Virus record (IMG/VR): IMGVR_UViG_2706794597_000005
Span: 9,601-73,600 of that record
DNA: 64,000 nt
Reading direction: 5' to 3' (one strand)
Origin: a virus
Lineage: Duplodnaviria > Caudoviricetes
Below the pieces are notes generated by a model, which had not been told where the DNA came from, made no database searches, and was given only the letters and a program-made list of their open reading frames with translations. Of this stretch, positions 27,173 through 37,913 are shown piece after piece (within the stretch, counting starts at the first letter, position 1; every line of letters begins with the position of its first letter). Position numbers and translations under genes: made by a program.

Positions 27173-29743
27173 TTAAACGTTATAGCCAGAGATATTAAAG
27201 CGTTGTCTTAATGAAGAGGCTGTTTTGATAGATACTCCACTACTAGATATAATGCAATTAACACTGAATAGTGCAGATACGCCAACATTCATGCTGAATG
27301 TCCCATTATCTACACTGGTTTTCTTAATTACGGCGGCCCCGCTTGCGTCAGTAAATGCAATGCTCGTAGTTGTAGCGTCTTTTGTTATCGTGAACTTAAT
27401 AACACGCGTTCCTGAAGACCCGTTGTCAATATTAATGTAGCGATCTCCTGTTGCTACATTCATTGCGGTAGGTATTCCTGTCTCAAAAATAGTAATAGGG
27501 GAAGGCCCATTTGCAATGCACCCTATCTCTATTCTACCTTGAGTGTTCCACAGAGCTCCAAACGTAATAACATTCCCACTCAGATAATTGTTAGAGCACA
27601 TTGATAAATCAAACAGGTTTGTCGGGGTGCCACTCCCCGTAAGGAATAGATTACCTGATGATGAAATCTTGTTGTCACTTATAGATAGCATCATGTTCGC
27701 GTACCCAGTAGCTAGAGTTGTAAAATCACTAAATACTTGAACATTAGAGAACCGGCCGATATTATTTGAAAAATCAACAACCCCAGAAAATCCCCCGCCA
27801 CCTGACAGGTTACCATTGGAGATTCCTATAATTGCTGATACCGTTGCTGATGGTATATTAAATCTATTATTACTTACTGTAATTTGTTGATAAAAGTTGA
27901 ATGGGTAGCACGACAGTTGAATGAAGTTAGTATTAAGTGTTGATAATGAGCTGAAGTGGTTATTCGTAAGCCTTATGTTATTATTGACTGGATTCCCATG
28001 TATATGTCCTAATCTTATCAATTCAATATCACAGTTATCTATATGAATAAACCTATTGCCATATTCAAGGGGGCCAATAGGCTCATTATGCCAATCGTCA
28101 GTTTCAGGAAAGAAAAATGTCCCTGTACTATTGGTTTCATTTGCAGTAGGGAAAATAGCCTTGATGGCAGAAACGTAAGATCTCCTGTAGTACCAGCGCT
28201 TATTTTGGCTTGTGTACTGGTATGAACTCTTTATTTTATGAGGAAAAACATGCCAATCATTCCAAGCATAGCAGTCAATGACCGTAATATCACTTTCTGT
28301 TACCAGTCTGGCACCATTATAAATATCATAAACAGAATTTCCATTAACCCGTATTTTCACCCCTGACTGATAACCATTGTAGTGATTAAGACTCCAGCAC
28401 TCAAAAACCCCAACGCATGTATAACTATAAATTCCATCCGCCCAAAACGTATCATCATTTATGATGCTATAATCATGAACTGAAACCGTGTTCATGGACT
28501 TCTGTAGTTGACGCTCAAAAAGCCCCTCGTTTGTTGTGCCAGCGTTAACTAAAGTGCCTGCCATGTTATGCACGGTAAAATTAGCAATATCCATTGTTTG
28601 GAACGGCCAGTCAGATATCTCTAAGATAAATTCGAATGGCTCTTCACAATGAAAATTAGTCATAGATATAGAGTTGCAACCGAAATCAGTAGTTTCTGGG
28701 TTTACATTTAATTTCCCAAGCCCAGAGAAAAGAATAACTCGCCCATGAGTTGTAAACTGTGAAAATGAAATATCCTTAATTTTGTATGCACTTCCAAGCT
28801 CGACACCACACATGCGAGTTGATTTTGCGCTGCTGGGAGCGCTGCCTTCAGCATGAAAGTTTTTTGCATTAATAAACCCCCCGGGATTAAGTACAAAACC
28901 AAGGCCTAACCCAGGATAAATAGTACCCCCGCCCCAAATATCCAACGATGACACATGTAAATTCATATCATCTGGCAGATATACAGACTCGCCCATCAGG
29001 TTGAGATTTACCCCGCCAAATGTTGACTCCATCTCAGCGAACGCCGCTTTGTTCAATGCGCCCGCTGTAGCATTGCTATACTTCCCGCCAAATGCTGTGA
29101 TGTCACCGTTCCGCCAGGCGAGATATTTGCTTAGTGGTTCATTGGGGAAGTTCTCACCACTATGATGTACAAGTCCAGACCCAGTGGGTTTTGCTAGCTC
29201 AATCATGACATCGGAGGCGCTCCCACTCTGGGGGAGAACACCGATTGGTCTCCCTCCAGCAATCGCAACTAACTTACCCTCCATTTCTGCAAGTGGTGGC
29301 ATTTCAGGTATATAGGTTTCAGGGATGCGAAGGGAACGCTGAAATATGTTTGGGTCGCCGCTAAATGGATATGTTGAGCGGAGGTTGATTTCTGAGTAGC
29401 CAACCCTCACCGGGTCTTCTGCTTCAACTTGCCAACAGTCACCGTAAATAGAAAATACCATAGTGCCATTAACGACATCACGCGCGCCGTCAAAGTCAGG
29501 AGATCGTCGCCATGTGGCTGGGGATGCAACCCAGATACCATTATCGATAGGGTTATCTTGCCCCATAACAAGAACTCGCATTCCCGTTGTTGTTGTTACG
29601 GTTCTAGTCCCTGTAAATGTTGATGATGTAATTGTTTGCTCGCCAAACAATGTTATGTGGTAGTCAGACGAGATGGCTACAGCTGGCTTTAGTGCAACAC
29701 TCGTCGTTAAACCGTATAGCCGATCTTCTTGCGTAGCTGGCAT
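27173..29743 (-). CDS. Tailspike / receptor-binding protein
   Basis: 856 aa; N-terminal particle-binding region (RVLV.GQ....NGIW), DITAFG linker, Asn/Ser-rich beta-helix-like body; last gene of the tail operon. Confidence 0.85.
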   Translation of the reverse strand: MPATQEDRLYGLTTSVALKPAVAISSDYHITLFGEQTITSSTFTGTRTVTTTTGMRVLVMGQDNPIDNGIWVASPATWRRSPDFDGARDVVNGTMVFSIYGDCWQVEAEDPVRVGYSEINLRSTYPFSGDPNIFQRSLRIPETYIPEMPPLAEMEGKLVAIAGGRPIGVLPQSGSASDVMIELAKPTGSGLVHHSGENFPNEPLSKYLAWRNGDITAFGGKYSNATAGALNKAAFAEMESTFGGVNLNLMGESVYLPDDMNLHVSSLDIWGGGTIYPGLGLGFVLNPGGFINAKNFHAEGSAPSSAKSTRMCGVELGSAYKIKDISFSQFTTHGRVILFSGLGKLNVNPETTDFGCNSISMTNFHCEEPFEFILEISDWPFQTMDIANFTVHNMAGTLVNAGTTNEGLFERQLQKSMNTVSVHDYSIINDDTFWADGIYSYTCVGVFECWSLNHYNGYQSGVKIRVNGNSVYDIYNGARLVTESDITVIDCYAWNDWHVFPHKIKSSYQYTSQNKRWYYRRSYVSAIKAIFPTANETNSTGTFFFPETDDWHNEPIGPLEYGNRFIHIDNCDIELIRLGHIHGNPVNNNIRLTNNHFSSLSTLNTNFIQLSCYPFNFYQQITVSNNRFNIPSATVSAIIGISNGNLSGGGGFSGVVDFSNNIGRFSNVQVFSDFTTLATGYANMMLSISDNKISSSGNLFLTGSGTPTNLFDLSMCSNNYLSGNVITFGALWNTQGRIEIGCIANGPSPITIFETGIPTAMNVATGDRYINIDNGSSGTRVIKFTITKDATTTSIAFTDASGAAVIKKTSVDNGTFSMNVGVSALFSVNCIISSSGVSIKTASSLRQRFNISGYNV

Positions 29744-29803
29744 TTATTTTTCTCCAGACGTGAGGAATCCCCACAGAGCAAATCTGCGGTGGTCTATTTA
29801 AGG

Positions 29804-29829
29804 AAAAAAAAACCCCGCCGGAGCGGGTT
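29804..29829 (-). terminator. Rho-independent terminator, near-identical to the one at 43879-43901
   Basis: A-run then CCCGC-cgga-GCGGG. Confidence 0.75.
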
Positions 29830-29837
29830 AGGTAATA

Positions 29838-30029
29838 TTAATTATTTCGTTTTTTCCTTGCCTCTCGCTTCATTAGCCACACTCCAGCAGCCAAGCCAGC
29901 AAAAAGCATCGCACCAGCGGAAAGGCTTGAATTAAAAAATACCATATCTAATATCGCTGCAATAATTAGGGCGATTGCTATATGTTTCATTAATCGCTCC
30001 GAGCTGTCAGGGTAATTATCTTTATTCAT
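29838..30029 (-). CDS. Small two-TM membrane protein
   Basis: 63 aa; two hydrophobic helices and a basic tail; AT-rich; between the ejection genes and the tailspike. Confidence 0.65.
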   Translation of the reverse strand: MNKDNYPDSSERLMKHIAIALIIAAILDMVFFNSSLSAGAMLFAGLAAGVWLMKREARKKRNN

Positions 30030-30056
30030 ATAATTAATTCCCAATATTATATTAAT

Positions 30057-32618
30057 TCACTTGCCAAGCATAAACTGAGATGGAGGGATTAAGAAATCGT
30101 TTCCTTGGTTTTTCCTCACATTTTGCTCAAATCTATGTAGTGAACCTGGAGATAATGACTCCTGGATCTGGTTTAGGATTAGATAATTCATAATTGGCCT
30201 TGCCCAGAACACGTTAATGAATGGCGTGTGGTCAACGGTAAATCTAAATGCATCACCAGCCTTTGCGTCACCAGACCGCGCTTTCTGGAACAAGGTGATG
30301 AGACTGCCAAAGTTACCAGCAACCGGGCCAAGCATTGCGGTTACGGGATCGTTACCGAATCTATTTGCTTCCCCAAATAAGAAATCACCAAACAAACCCA
30401 GACCGCCACCTTGCGCTGCCGCTGCCAGAAATGTTTTGCTATCTGCCGGGCGCGGGGTTTGTCCTTTAATCATCAGCTTAGTCTGCATCGACAGATAACC
30501 GAATGTGGTCATCCATAAAAACATCTGCGCCAGACCAAGCATTTCACCCTTACCACTTTTGAATAGAGCGCTTTGCAGATTGCCCCACCGGCTTTCTCCC
30601 AGCGGCACAGGCGTATAGCCGCGCCCGAATACTTCCCGCCCCAGAGCTTGCTGCATGAATGAAGCGGTAAATGATTTGTACTGCCCGATAAACCGGAGTA
30701 ACTCACCCTCCACTGTGCCTGGTTGTGTTCCTTGCTTCATCATGGCTCGCGTCCGCGCGCCGGGCTCTGTCATTGCGACTATCACGCGATCGAGAATATA
30801 ACCTCTCAACTTACCGGATAATTCTTCCCGCCCCGCCTCAATGCTTCGCTCATTAACCTTGATGTTTTTGTCAGAAACATACTTGGCGATCATCTCATCA
30901 GGTATTGAATCAATACCATCAGGCGTCATGAACTTGCGGCCTTCCGACCCTTTCAAATCCATTGACCGATAGACTGACCATTCGGCGTCTCCGATGCCAT
31001 GTAGGTCTAACGCACGTTTAAGATTGCTATTAAGCGCCCCATGTGGCGTGGCAGAGTTATCTGCAAGCCAGTGAGATATCATCGTTGCAGTCGTATTGCG
31101 AGACGCGTCAGTCCACCAACTCAGTCCATTCATTTTAAAGAATTGGCGCTGTAAGTTAGCAACCTTGCCGGGGAGTGTGACGTCACCTGAAAATCGCTGA
31201 AGTATTTCATCACGCATACTGTCAGCGTACACGCCAAGAGAGCTTAAAATCTGTTTCTGCTCGTCAGTTTTAAAGCGCTTTAATCGGCCAGAAAGCGATT
31301 CACTCAGTGCTGACATGAAGTTTTTACCCTGATACCTAAGTTCCAGAGCATTACTTGCAAGGTCGTTGAATGACGAGATCATAGCCCCGCCGAGCTTTAT
31401 CGTGGAGTCGATGGCGCGGGTAGTCGAGCCGAACCTTGCTAAAGTGGTTGAACCAGGAATGTTTGTCTGACCGGTCACCTCTTTCATTTCATTCTTGATG
31501 TTGCTCCGACGCCTGTCAGTGAACGCCCTCAGCGCCTTCTCATTACCTTTTAAATCTGCTGAGATTGTATCGGCAAGGTAATTAAGCATGTTCTCTGGAT
31601 TGGTTCCAAGCACTCGCATGAGGCCCGTATTCCGTGCAGAACTTTCAAGCCCACCATAAATAGCTTCACGCAGACTACCAACACCGAATTGCTTGTTGTA
31701 ATCAGACCACGCAACTCCATCTGCGAAATGAAGCACACGCTCTTGGCTGGCTTTCTTGGCGACGTTCTGACTTCCCTTGAACCCTTTCATCCAGTCTGGT
31801 TTTTCTGATGATAGATGAACACCAGAAGCTAACCCGTCATAAACGTTTTGCAGGAAAGCATTCTGATCGATAACACCATCAAAGGTGGACTTATCAAGCC
31901 TGGGTAGAATCGCATTTCGCCACGTATCAAAACCAGCGGCGCGGATCTTCATCATATCGTGGCCCTGCCGAGCGATATACCCAGGCATTTTACGAACCCA
32001 TGCGCCAGCACGGTTAGCATCAATTCGCGCCGACTCCTGCCACTTCGTGATTATTTGAGCAATTTTCACTGACTCATTAGTCATCCCGGCAGTAGATTCA
32101 TTTTTCCCAATACGCCACATAGCATCAGCTATTTCAGTATCATTGCTGCCACTGGCGAGGAATTTAATTAACCCCTCTTTATCCAGATCATGATTTAATC
32201 CAGAGAGATATTTAGAGCGGAGCTGAAATTGCTCACTGGAGGCAGATGACCGGCTACCAGTTCGCGCCTCATTGCGCCCAACAAGAATGGCTGACAGTCC
32301 AATGTCGGGGCGATCTGGGAAACTATCGCGGATAAATGTCAGACGCTGAGCGGCAATGCGGGTATTAATAGCTTTATTCCTGGCTTCAATGACGCGCGCC
32401 AATTTTTCTTCGTTGCCTAATTCATTGGCTGCCCGTAGTGCTGCTTCTTCCAGTGAGATACCTTCATTCTCAGCACGAATACGCTTAACAGTCGTTTCCA
32501 TGTTGTTAATCAGCGATTCCATTTCACCTTCTGAAAGCTCTCGCCCGGCGGCCTTATTCACTACCTGCTCACACGCGGTTAGAAACTGGTTAGCCATTAC
32601 ATTCTCCTGAGCATGCAA
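30057..32618 (-). CDS. Internal virion / DNA ejection protein
   Basis: 853 aa helical protein; ERVLHF, GGGLGLFGDFLF; last of the ejection gene cluster. Confidence 0.75.
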   Translation of the reverse strand: MHAQENVMANQFLTACEQVVNKAAGRELSEGEMESLINNMETTVKRIRAENEGISLEEAALRAANELGNEEKLARVIEARNKAINTRIAAQRLTFIRDSFPDRPDIGLSAILVGRNEARTGSRSSASSEQFQLRSKYLSGLNHDLDKEGLIKFLASGSNDTEIADAMWRIGKNESTAGMTNESVKIAQIITKWQESARIDANRAGAWVRKMPGYIARQGHDMMKIRAAGFDTWRNAILPRLDKSTFDGVIDQNAFLQNVYDGLASGVHLSSEKPDWMKGFKGSQNVAKKASQERVLHFADGVAWSDYNKQFGVGSLREAIYGGLESSARNTGLMRVLGTNPENMLNYLADTISADLKGNEKALRAFTDRRRSNIKNEMKEVTGQTNIPGSTTLARFGSTTRAIDSTIKLGGAMISSFNDLASNALELRYQGKNFMSALSESLSGRLKRFKTDEQKQILSSLGVYADSMRDEILQRFSGDVTLPGKVANLQRQFFKMNGLSWWTDASRNTTATMISHWLADNSATPHGALNSNLKRALDLHGIGDAEWSVYRSMDLKGSEGRKFMTPDGIDSIPDEMIAKYVSDKNIKVNERSIEAGREELSGKLRGYILDRVIVAMTEPGARTRAMMKQGTQPGTVEGELLRFIGQYKSFTASFMQQALGREVFGRGYTPVPLGESRWGNLQSALFKSGKGEMLGLAQMFLWMTTFGYLSMQTKLMIKGQTPRPADSKTFLAAAAQGGGLGLFGDFLFGEANRFGNDPVTAMLGPVAGNFGSLITLFQKARSGDAKAGDAFRFTVDHTPFINVFWARPIMNYLILNQIQESLSPGSLHRFEQNVRKNQGNDFLIPPSQFMLGK

Positions 32619-34279
32619 GTAGCATAGGCCTGAAGGCCTTTGAATATACTTTCGTCATTTGCTTCGCGGGTTGCTGCTTCAATGGCCCCTCTTAACTCAG
32701 GCGAGTCAATATCGTTAACCATGTTGGTTGCCAATTCCATTTCAGCGGTGAAATCTTCCTGGGCATTAACCAAGTCAGCGTTATCTCTATTTGCTCTGGC
32801 AAGGTGCGCATCAGCATCACGACTGGCATTAACTGTCGAAGCATCCGCATCTGCTTTGGGCCCCTGCTGAATCTGAGCGATTGACGCATCCCTCAATTGA
32901 GGGTCGCCCAGGTTAAACACCGGTTCTAAATCTGGCGTTTTCCCTTGCATCATATGAGATAACCCTGCCCGGAAAGCATTTTCTCTTACCGTCCAATGGG
33001 ATTCATCAATGCGCTGGGAGGCGTTTTTAATCCCTTGGGTAATGTTGTTAATTTTCAATGATTGCCTGATTTCATCAGCCCGATTATTTATCGCAGTCTT
33101 CAAGTTATCGGGAATTTCACCACGCCTAACGGAAGCTATTTCGCCTCTGGCTACCTCTGATTTAGAGTCAGATGATAATGACTCTTCAATCTCACTACGC
33201 CTTGATAGCAGAGCTTCTTTTTCGATAGCGATATCATTCACAGCCTGATTTCGGGCTTCCTTAAATTTCATGTTCTGCTGTTGATATACCGCAGTGCGCT
33301 CAGGCAATGACTGGTCAATAACATCTATAGCTCGGTTAGTATCGACAATTTCCTTTTGCAACCCAGCAACATCATCAACACGAAACGATGATGCGGCCTC
33401 TTGCTGAGCTAAATAGTCAGGAACGACATCATCGTATGCCTTGCTGTATGCGTAGCTGTCCATATCCCTGGCTATAGTTTCACTCAGGATTGGCGTTGTC
33501 CCGCTTTCATTGAATTGGCGCGAAACTGGTCTTGTGGATTCAGGCGTAACAAATGATTCAGTATTCATTACCGGACGTTCTACAGCATCAATAGTGGTAG
33601 TTGCCGCTTGAGTTCTGCGCCCCCTAACCATGTCAGCAATAACCCCGCCGCCAGCATGCATAATCCCGCCGCCAACTGTACCCATGAAGATATTCTCCAT
33701 CGCATTGGCCATAGAGTAATCTTCGCCTTCTGCCGCCGCAGCTTGAGCAGTGAACGGGATTGTTACTGCTGTTTGAGCGGCGCCCATAGCGGCACCCTGG
33801 ACGAATCGCTCTCCCACTCGCCCAAGCATTGTCGCGGCCTTTGCCTGTCCAGCAAACGGCACCAAGCCAATGGCAAGGTTTGCCGGGTCAGCCATTGACC
33901 CAGCAAGCCCTGCCATAAAGTTAAGTGGGGTATTGATAAATCCAGAGGGTGCTGACTGAGCTATTTGTTGCTTCGCTAATGACTCTTTTCGTGATTCGCT
34001 GACATGGTCAAGGTAGGATTTTGTTACTCCAGAATCGGGAATGTTAATGCTTTTAACGCCTAACTCTCGTAGCTTTGCATCAGCTTCAGACTTGCTTACA
34101 ATTACTGAGTTTGGGTCGTTAGCCAGATTATCAGCCTCAGAATAGCGAATTGCTGAAACCAAAGGCCCCTCCCTAAGCCCTGAATCAAAAGAAGCCTCCA
34201 ATGCATCGCCAAGACTGGAAGGAACATTACTGATTGGCTGGTTTATTCCCTGTCCCGGATCTCTGGTGTAGATTGGCAT
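32597..34279 (-). CDS. Internal virion / ejection protein
   Basis: 560 aa; Gly/Ala-rich segment DPANLAIG; gene order. Confidence 0.7.
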   Translation of the reverse strand: MPIYTRDPGQGINQPISNVPSSLGDALEASFDSGLREGPLVSAIRYSEADNLANDPNSVIVSKSEADAKLRELGVKSINIPDSGVTKSYLDHVSESRKESLAKQQIAQSAPSGFINTPLNFMAGLAGSMADPANLAIGLVPFAGQAKAATMLGRVGERFVQGAAMGAAQTAVTIPFTAQAAAAEGEDYSMANAMENIFMGTVGGGIMHAGGGVIADMVRGRRTQAATTTIDAVERPVMNTESFVTPESTRPVSRQFNESGTTPILSETIARDMDSYAYSKAYDDVVPDYLAQQEAASSFRVDDVAGLQKEIVDTNRAIDVIDQSLPERTAVYQQQNMKFKEARNQAVNDIAIEKEALLSRRSEIEESLSSDSKSEVARGEIASVRRGEIPDNLKTAINNRADEIRQSLKINNITQGIKNASQRIDESHWTVRENAFRAGLSHMMQGKTPDLEPVFNLGDPQLRDASIAQIQQGPKADADASTVNASRDADAHLARANRDNADLVNAQEDFTAEMELATNMVNDIDSPELRGAIEAATREANDESIFKGLQAYATCMLRRM

Positions 34280-37040
34280 TTGTATCCCTCATACCTTCAG
34301 CCATTGATGGCGTTTCTGATGTGCCTTGTCGCCCAAGTTGCCGCGCAGTTTCCTCATTACGAGCCTGGGATTCTTTAGCTGCCTGCCCTGGTGTATAAGC
34401 TCTCGGTTTATTCACTTCTTTTGATAGCTGATTGAAGTAGCCACGATTGGTCGAGCCCAACTGAGCCAAATCAGCAAAACTGGCCGTAACTGGGTTGCCG
34501 TCTGCCCCACTAACAATCAATCCATTGAGAGTGAGCATTAATCCAGTTTCATCTGCATTGGTTACCCATTCAGCATTATCTTTGATGCGATTTAGGCTTT
34601 GTTGCTGGTTAACTTCATTGCTTAGGCGAGGGTCGCCAATCAATGGTGTAATGTCTGCTGGCTTAAGCTTGCTCATAAATGCATCTACGCCATCCGATAC
34701 ATCATTCATATCAGTATTGGCAGCAACCGGTAGTCGCCAAGTTCCTTTAGTCTGGTACTGGCTGCCTAAAATATCCTGATAGGCTTGTGAAGCAGCATCC
34801 GAAGCGCTCATGCCTTTCTGCATATTGAGATAGGTAAGGCGGCGGCCTTGGTCATTAAAATTATTCCAAACAGGAACCCCGCCAGGCTGTCCAACCATCG
34901 TTGCTGAAAAGTCTTTGGATTGAGAAGCCCATTCAGTATCGGCACTTTCTGCCGCGCCACTGGAAGCCGAGTTTATTGAGCTGCGTAATTCTGCTGTTTT
35001 TACATCGCGGTTTTGCCAAAGCGCATTGGCAGCACGTGGGTTATTGGTCGCCATGACAACCTGAAGCACTGGCCCTGATTTCTTCTGAACTTGTTGCATA
35101 ACTTGCTGAGAATATGGCCCGAACTGCTGCCCAAGAGACTGGATTGCAGCAACATCCTGCTCCTTGTTATTGTCAATCTGCTGAAGAATTCCATTAACAA
35201 GCGAGTCGGGAAGGACATCTTTGTTTTTAATGCCCAGCCGTTGCTTCTCCATTAGAACCTGGTGGGCTAACTGAGCACCTGTTGATGGGTCGCTCTGGTA
35301 ATTCTGATATGCCTCACTCACCGTCGGAATGTTTTGCACCATCCAACCACCTGGATCCTTCTCCCTTGCGGCTATAACTTGCTGGTACTTCTGTGCAACA
35401 GCAGTATAACGCTGCTGTTTGAAAGCAAAATCAGCGTCGCCAGTAGCAGGCATCAATCCATTAACCGTCTCTATGCCGACATTAGCCGGGCTTGAGATAA
35501 CGGTCTGATATGCAGGTTGTAGGGCCAGCGTCTGCTGATATTGATTGAATTGCTGATAGGCTTGCGCACGGTCAGCAGGGGTAGAGTTAAGCTGTTGTGC
35601 TGACGTAAAGTCAGAAATGGTAACAGGGTTTTCTACTGGCTTCCCAGAATTTACCCTGGCAACATCATCCTGCATTCGTTGTTGAATATTAAACCGCTGT
35701 GCAGATGTCGCTGTATCAATGACGTTATAAGTCTGCTCAACCGCGCGGGTTTTCTGCACCCCATCCAGATCTGCAAACTCAGGCGAATCTATAATTGATT
35801 TTGCAGCACTTAATTTTGAGGCGTTACTCAGCACTGATGAAACATAGTTCTGCGTTTCCGCATAAGGGATTGAATTAGCAAATGACTCATCTGTGATTTG
35901 CCCTTTACGCGGATCACCAAATCGGCTAATCCATTCATCAACTTTACCCGGCCCAGCATTATATGCAGCCAGCGCCAGAACGGGATTACCACCGTATTTT
36001 TTAAGCTGCTGGTTGAGATACGCCTTGCCAAGGGAGGCGTTATAATTAGCATCATTCTGGTGGCGAGCAGGATCCCACGGCAAACCAGCTAATGCTGCGG
36101 CCTCTGGCCCGGTAGCTGGCATCACCTGAGCAATGCCGGTTGCACCTTTCCCTGATGTAAGTGGCTTACCATCATTCCCAAATTGACGCCCCCCACTTTC
36201 CTGCCCAATCACGGCAGAGAATAAGTCATCCGAATTAATCGCATTGCCCACTTTAAAACCAGATAGAGCCTCTGGGTTCATGAGCGAAATTTTCACATTA
36301 CCAATGCGCTCGTTTACTGAATCCCACGCAGCCTGATCCAGCATTTTTTTTCTGGTGTCTAATGGGATTAAAGCTGCAATGCCAGCACCAGATTTTAGCG
36401 CGCTGACTTGCTCTTTTGGGGTTAACGATGAAACTGATGCTGTTGCATAGTCTACCGCTGACCGTTGCTTTATTTGCTGTGCTTGCTCTGCTGAAATGTA
36501 CCCCCGACTATGTGCGCCGATAATAGCGTCATTGGTCGCGTTGATAAGCCCCATTCGGGTTGACTCATCTTTAGCACTGATTGCTGCTTCCCGATTTGAT
36601 GTGATTGTCTGGTCGAGAGTGGCCCGCCCAAAATCAACCTCTTTATTTCTAACCAACCCGCGAACCTGGTCATAACCACGAGCAATGTCATTGTTTGACT
36701 CAATTTCAAATAGTCGCTTATCTGAATTGCTAACCAACAATCCAGCAGATTCTTCTCTGGCCTTGCTGATTTGTTCGTTGTACCGGTCACCAAAAGTGGG
36801 GTAATCATTGTCACCATCAAAAGATGCCATAATATCAAGCTTCCTTTTCAGGAAGTTTGACTGCGCTTCAGCATAGTTAAACTGATCTTCCTTTTGCTGA
36901 ATCTGGCCGCCAACCCGCTCAAGTGATTGTCCTAATCCTTGCAGTGCTCTGGATGGGGCTGTTATGTCTGCGCTAGCGACTCCGCGCGCCACATCAGGAA
37001 TGCGGCGGCCAATATCATTTGCATCAGGAATACGAGCCAT
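34227..37040 (-). CDS. Internal virion protein with lytic transglycosylase (SLT) domain
   Basis: QESGG..SGKGATGIAQVMP..ALAAYNAGPG..ETQNYV SLT motifs. Confidence 0.88.
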   Translation of the reverse strand: MARIPDANDIGRRIPDVARGVASADITAPSRALQGLGQSLERVGGQIQQKEDQFNYAEAQSNFLKRKLDIMASFDGDNDYPTFGDRYNEQISKAREESAGLLVSNSDKRLFEIESNNDIARGYDQVRGLVRNKEVDFGRATLDQTITSNREAAISAKDESTRMGLINATNDAIIGAHSRGYISAEQAQQIKQRSAVDYATASVSSLTPKEQVSALKSGAGIAALIPLDTRKKMLDQAAWDSVNERIGNVKISLMNPEALSGFKVGNAINSDDLFSAVIGQESGGRQFGNDGKPLTSGKGATGIAQVMPATGPEAAALAGLPWDPARHQNDANYNASLGKAYLNQQLKKYGGNPVLALAAYNAGPGKVDEWISRFGDPRKGQITDESFANSIPYAETQNYVSSVLSNASKLSAAKSIIDSPEFADLDGVQKTRAVEQTYNVIDTATSAQRFNIQQRMQDDVARVNSGKPVENPVTISDFTSAQQLNSTPADRAQAYQQFNQYQQTLALQPAYQTVISSPANVGIETVNGLMPATGDADFAFKQQRYTAVAQKYQQVIAAREKDPGGWMVQNIPTVSEAYQNYQSDPSTGAQLAHQVLMEKQRLGIKNKDVLPDSLVNGILQQIDNNKEQDVAAIQSLGQQFGPYSQQVMQQVQKKSGPVLQVVMATNNPRAANALWQNRDVKTAELRSSINSASSGAAESADTEWASQSKDFSATMVGQPGGVPVWNNFNDQGRRLTYLNMQKGMSASDAASQAYQDILGSQYQTKGTWRLPVAANTDMNDVSDGVDAFMSKLKPADITPLIGDPRLSNEVNQQQSLNRIKDNAEWVTNADETGLMLTLNGLIVSGADGNPVTASFADLAQLGSTNRGYFNQLSKEVNKPRAYTPGQAAKESQARNEETARQLGRQGTSETPSMAEGMRDTNANLHQRSGTGNKPANQ

Positions 37041-37050
37041 TTAGTTGTCC

Positions 37051-37575
37051 TTAGAAAACGCTTCTTGTGCCTTTGGCGGCACTTATTTTTGCCGCCTTTG
37101 GTGTGGGTGAGCTTCCGCCAAAGCGGTCATAGAGAGAGCCACCTGTTTGTAGCAATGAAGACATAGCATTTATTTTCCCAGCCTTTTTTGCCGCATCCCC
37201 CTCGGCCCTACGAACTGCTGCCTGATTATTTAATTGATTACCTTGCTGATTTCCTCCCCATAGCGACGTAAGAGCATTTAACTCACCCTGCGATTCCATG
37301 TTAGAGATATTGTTAACGAAGGATGTTGAATCAGCAGCAGCACCAGATGCAGCCCCAACTGCCAGAGCGCGAGACTCAGCCAGCCTAGCCTGACGGCGGT
37401 CTTCCATTGCTTGGAGTTGAGATTGTGCCCTTACGCTATTTGCTTGCTTGTCTAGCTGCGACGCTTCTCCGTAGGCTTGTTTTTTTGCGGCCTTCCCCTG
37501 TGAGTATTGGCTGCCCGCATTGAGCAGTGAACCGCCAATCATAGCCCCCATAGCTATTGTGAATGGGTCTGCCAT
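37051..37575 (-). CDS. Small internal virion protein (T7 gp14-like position)
   Basis: MADP..G/A-rich N-terminus, AASG motif. Confidence 0.7.
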   Translation of the reverse strand: MADPFTIAMGAMIGGSLLNAGSQYSQGKAAKKQAYGEASQLDKQANSVRAQSQLQAMEDRRQARLAESRALAVGAASGAAADSTSFVNNISNMESQGELNALTSLWGGNQQGNQLNNQAAVRRAEGDAAKKAGKINAMSSLLQTGGSLYDRFGGSSPTPKAAKISAAKGTRSVF

Positions 37576-37913
37576 ATCATCACCTTTTCGTTTAATGGAA
37601 CAAAACCAAGCCTTCGCAAATACCTCGGAGCTGACTCATGCTTATCGCTTTCAATCGCGAGTATGGGCTGGTGATATTTTGAAAATATCTCTTTCACTGC
37701 CAGGCGGGATGCTTTCATTATTGCTACTGGGTATTGCTGGGCATCATCTTTCATGTCCATGAATGCCATGTAGTGATCAGATTGATGCATCACCCCGCAT
37801 ATCATTTTTGGGTCATCATCAACTTCCATCACGATGGCGCGCATAGTCGCAGGGATTCGCCCATACCAATTCCGTATGTCATCCTCATTGGCATGTCTGA
37901 TGTTATTTGTCAT
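37554..37913 (-). CDS. GNAT-like virion assembly protein (T7 gp13-like position)
   Basis: A.RYLRRLGF C-terminal GNAT-like motif; follows the nozzle gene. Confidence 0.55.
   Translation of the reverse strand: MTNNIRHANEDDIRNWYGRIPATMRAIVMEVDDDPKMICGVMHQSDHYMAFMDMKDDAQQYPVAIMKASRLAVKEIFSKYHQPILAIESDKHESAPRYLRRLGFVPLNEKVMIWQTHSQ

Noticed and set aside
25710-30056. Diversity-generating retroelement as in BPP-1
   Set aside because: No reverse transcriptase and no template/variable repeat pair near the tailspike
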